Source of the DNA: Octopus sinensis
Taxonomy: Eukaryota
Assembly (NCBI RefSeq): GCF_006345805.1
Contig: NC_043004.1
Coordinates: forward strand, 35,154,001-35,218,000
DNA: 64,000 nt
Direction: 5' to 3'
In this document: one piece after another, positions 61,852-64,000 of the stretch
Position numbering within the stretch: position 1 is the stretch's first letter
How the letters are laid out: every line of letters begins with the position of its first letter
The notes under the pieces: generated by a model
Told to the model about the DNA's origin: nothing
The model's input: only the letters and a program-made list of their open reading frames with translations
The model's database searches: none
Program-made: the position numbers and the translations under genes

Positions 61852-62708
61852 ATATCATGGGTTTAATGTAAGATTAAGGGTTTTAACTCTTATTTCTTGC
61901 AATATAGGTGCTATTCAGCACCCTCAGTCACAATTAGGGATGATTAAACTTTTATCGTGTTGTTTTATAATGTGCCTAGCTGCTTATATTAATTTTTAAT
62001 AATTCATCTGGAACCCTCATCATCATAACCAACAAAGTGACAGTCCACATATACATAAAAATATATGTATTTATATACACACACACACACATATATATAT
62101 ATAGGTATATGCATATGTATATAAATGCAGTCAGTTTATATAAAAGAAAAAAGAACTTATAAAGTGATCATGCTTGTGTGCAATGTTGGTTCTACGTAAA
62201 CTAGAATATCAAAAGTAATATGAAAAGATTTTGAAAGTGAAAAACATTAAGATGAAAGAATCGCTTTAAGAAATCAAAATTAAAATAACTTCCACAAAGA
62301 AGAAAGTCTACTGAAAGAAACCAATATTTTATACAATGTAAATGGAATCCAAATTTGTGTTTGTTCCAAGTCATAGCTACGGAATTGGATGATATTAAAC
62401 TTCCTCTGTTTGAAATGAGTGCTTTGTCTTTTCACAATAATAAGAAATCCTGAACCCATGACATTACAGCATTTTGGTTATTTCATTATAAACACAAACA
62501 CACATTGTTATATTTTGGAAGAATCACTGTAAATACATTTATTTACATACAAAAAGTGAACTATTGAGAAATCTGCAGTTACTCTATCAGATTACAAGTT
62601 CAGGTTTATACTTGTGATCGTTGGGGCTCAGGGATATGTAACACATGGCCTAAATACCAATCTTGAGAAATTAGGCTTCTCAAAACCAGAAAGGATAAAG
62701 CTAATTCA

Positions 62709-63315
62709 AAGACTACAGATCCAGTCCTTCACTGGAACTGTAAAAATTTGTAAAACTTATCATTTAAAATATATATGAGCATGAGTAGATATGCAACTAT
62801 ATACATGAGAATGCATACATAAAGCAAAACATACAAACCTGCATATATACATACAAACAAAAATACTCTCTTGTTTATATTGAAATTCCAGTGAAGGAAC
62901 CTTGAATTTAGGTTAAAAACCAGCTCTTTTCTCTATTGGCAAGAAATCTTGAAATAAAATTGAATAATGACATACATACATCACACACACATGCATACGT
63001 ACATACATATTGAAGACTACAGATCCAATCCATCAATGGAACTGTAAAAATCTGTAAAACTTTCCAGAAGTTTATCATTTAAATATATATGAGCATGTCT
63101 AGATATGCAACTATATGCATGAGAATGCATACATAAAGCAAAACATACAAATTCGCACACACACATACATACATACTTAAAAAGTACCCTGTTGATGTTG
63201 TAGAAATTCCAATGAAGGAACCTTGGATCTAGGCTAGAAACTGGTTCTTTCTCTATTGGCAAGAAATCCTGAAATAAATTGAATAGTGACATAGATACAT
63301 GCATGCGTACGTACA
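62709..63315 (+). repeat. Tandem duplication, period ~304 bp
   Basis: AAGACTACAGATCCA at 62709 and 63013, colinear to GAAATAAA.TGAATA.TGACATA. Confidence 0.9.
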
Positions 63316-63601
63316 AACATACCAGCTGTAAAAACCACGGATAAGCAGATTTGTGATTTACTAACAATACACGCAGACACACATATTTGAAAAAATTAAT
63401 AAAAGTGACTTTACAGATAATTTTCATGAAATGTTTATAAATTATTAGGTCTTTATAAACACAATTTATTAACTCCTCATAATTCACAAACATCTAATCG
63501 TTAAAGTGGAAAAATCATCAGAAAAACCAATTCTATTCATTTTTTAAAAATAATACTGTTTCAAGGACTGTCTGCTTACCTGTTTATCTATCTATCTATC
63601 A

Positions 63602-63648
<47 letters not shown>

Positions 63649-63713
63649 TAGATAGATAGTTAGATATATTAATATACATGTACACACACTTGCACTAGCA
63701 CCTTCCTTATCAA

Positions 63714-64000
63714 ATCTATATATATAAAGATGAGAATGTGTGTCTGTGTGAATCTCTCAAACATGAGAACTACATACACCAATTTCATTCAAATTTTACA
63801 CATGCCTTACTTAGGGTCCATGTAGGGTCATAGGGTCAAACAAATTTTAACTTCTTGCTTAGTGCGAGCCCAGAGCAATATCATATCTTCTCTACTATTT
63901 TAATATTACGTGTCAAAAGTGAAACAATAACATCTCTCTATTGTAATGTCAGGTATTTCACTTTCATAGTTTAATACTGAAACTATTAAAGTGAAACTAT
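63714..64000 (+). mobile_element. Possible non-autonomous Helitron/Helentron-type element, running off the window
   Basis: Starts ATCTATATATATAAAG followed by (TG)/(TGTC)-rich sequence, as in DINE-1-like elements; 3' end not visible. Confidence 0.35.

Overview
AT-rich eukaryotic non-coding DNA, most likely intronic or intergenic sequence from an octopod cephalopod. The organism is inferred from the repeat families and the dense (TA)/(CA)/(TG) microsatellites, not from a database match. No intact protein-coding gene was found, and nearly all listed ORFs are microsatellite read-throughs or transposon fragments. The window is a mosaic of decayed mobile elements: RTE LINE fragments (with a hairpin-array 3'UTR and (GAT)n tail), one CR1, one Tx1/L1, one R4/Dong-like fragment, one Penelope-like (GIY-YIG) remnant, a full-length dead mariner, piggyBac-type MITEs and several tRNA-derived SINE families, often nested with recognisable target-site duplications. 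The most interesting signal is a set of six minimal type-I hammerhead-ribozyme motifs, all partly decayed. Four of them sit in short non-coding units whose ends are inverted repeats enclosing the ribozyme, and two of those four form a ~250-nt tandem, retrozyme-like dimer. One degenerate unit shares its flanks with the hammerhead at the end of the Penelope remnant. There are also several near-perfect hairpins and two weak candidate exons of an unidentified host gene. All calls were made by eye; TE boundaries are approximate unless a TSD or TIR is given.
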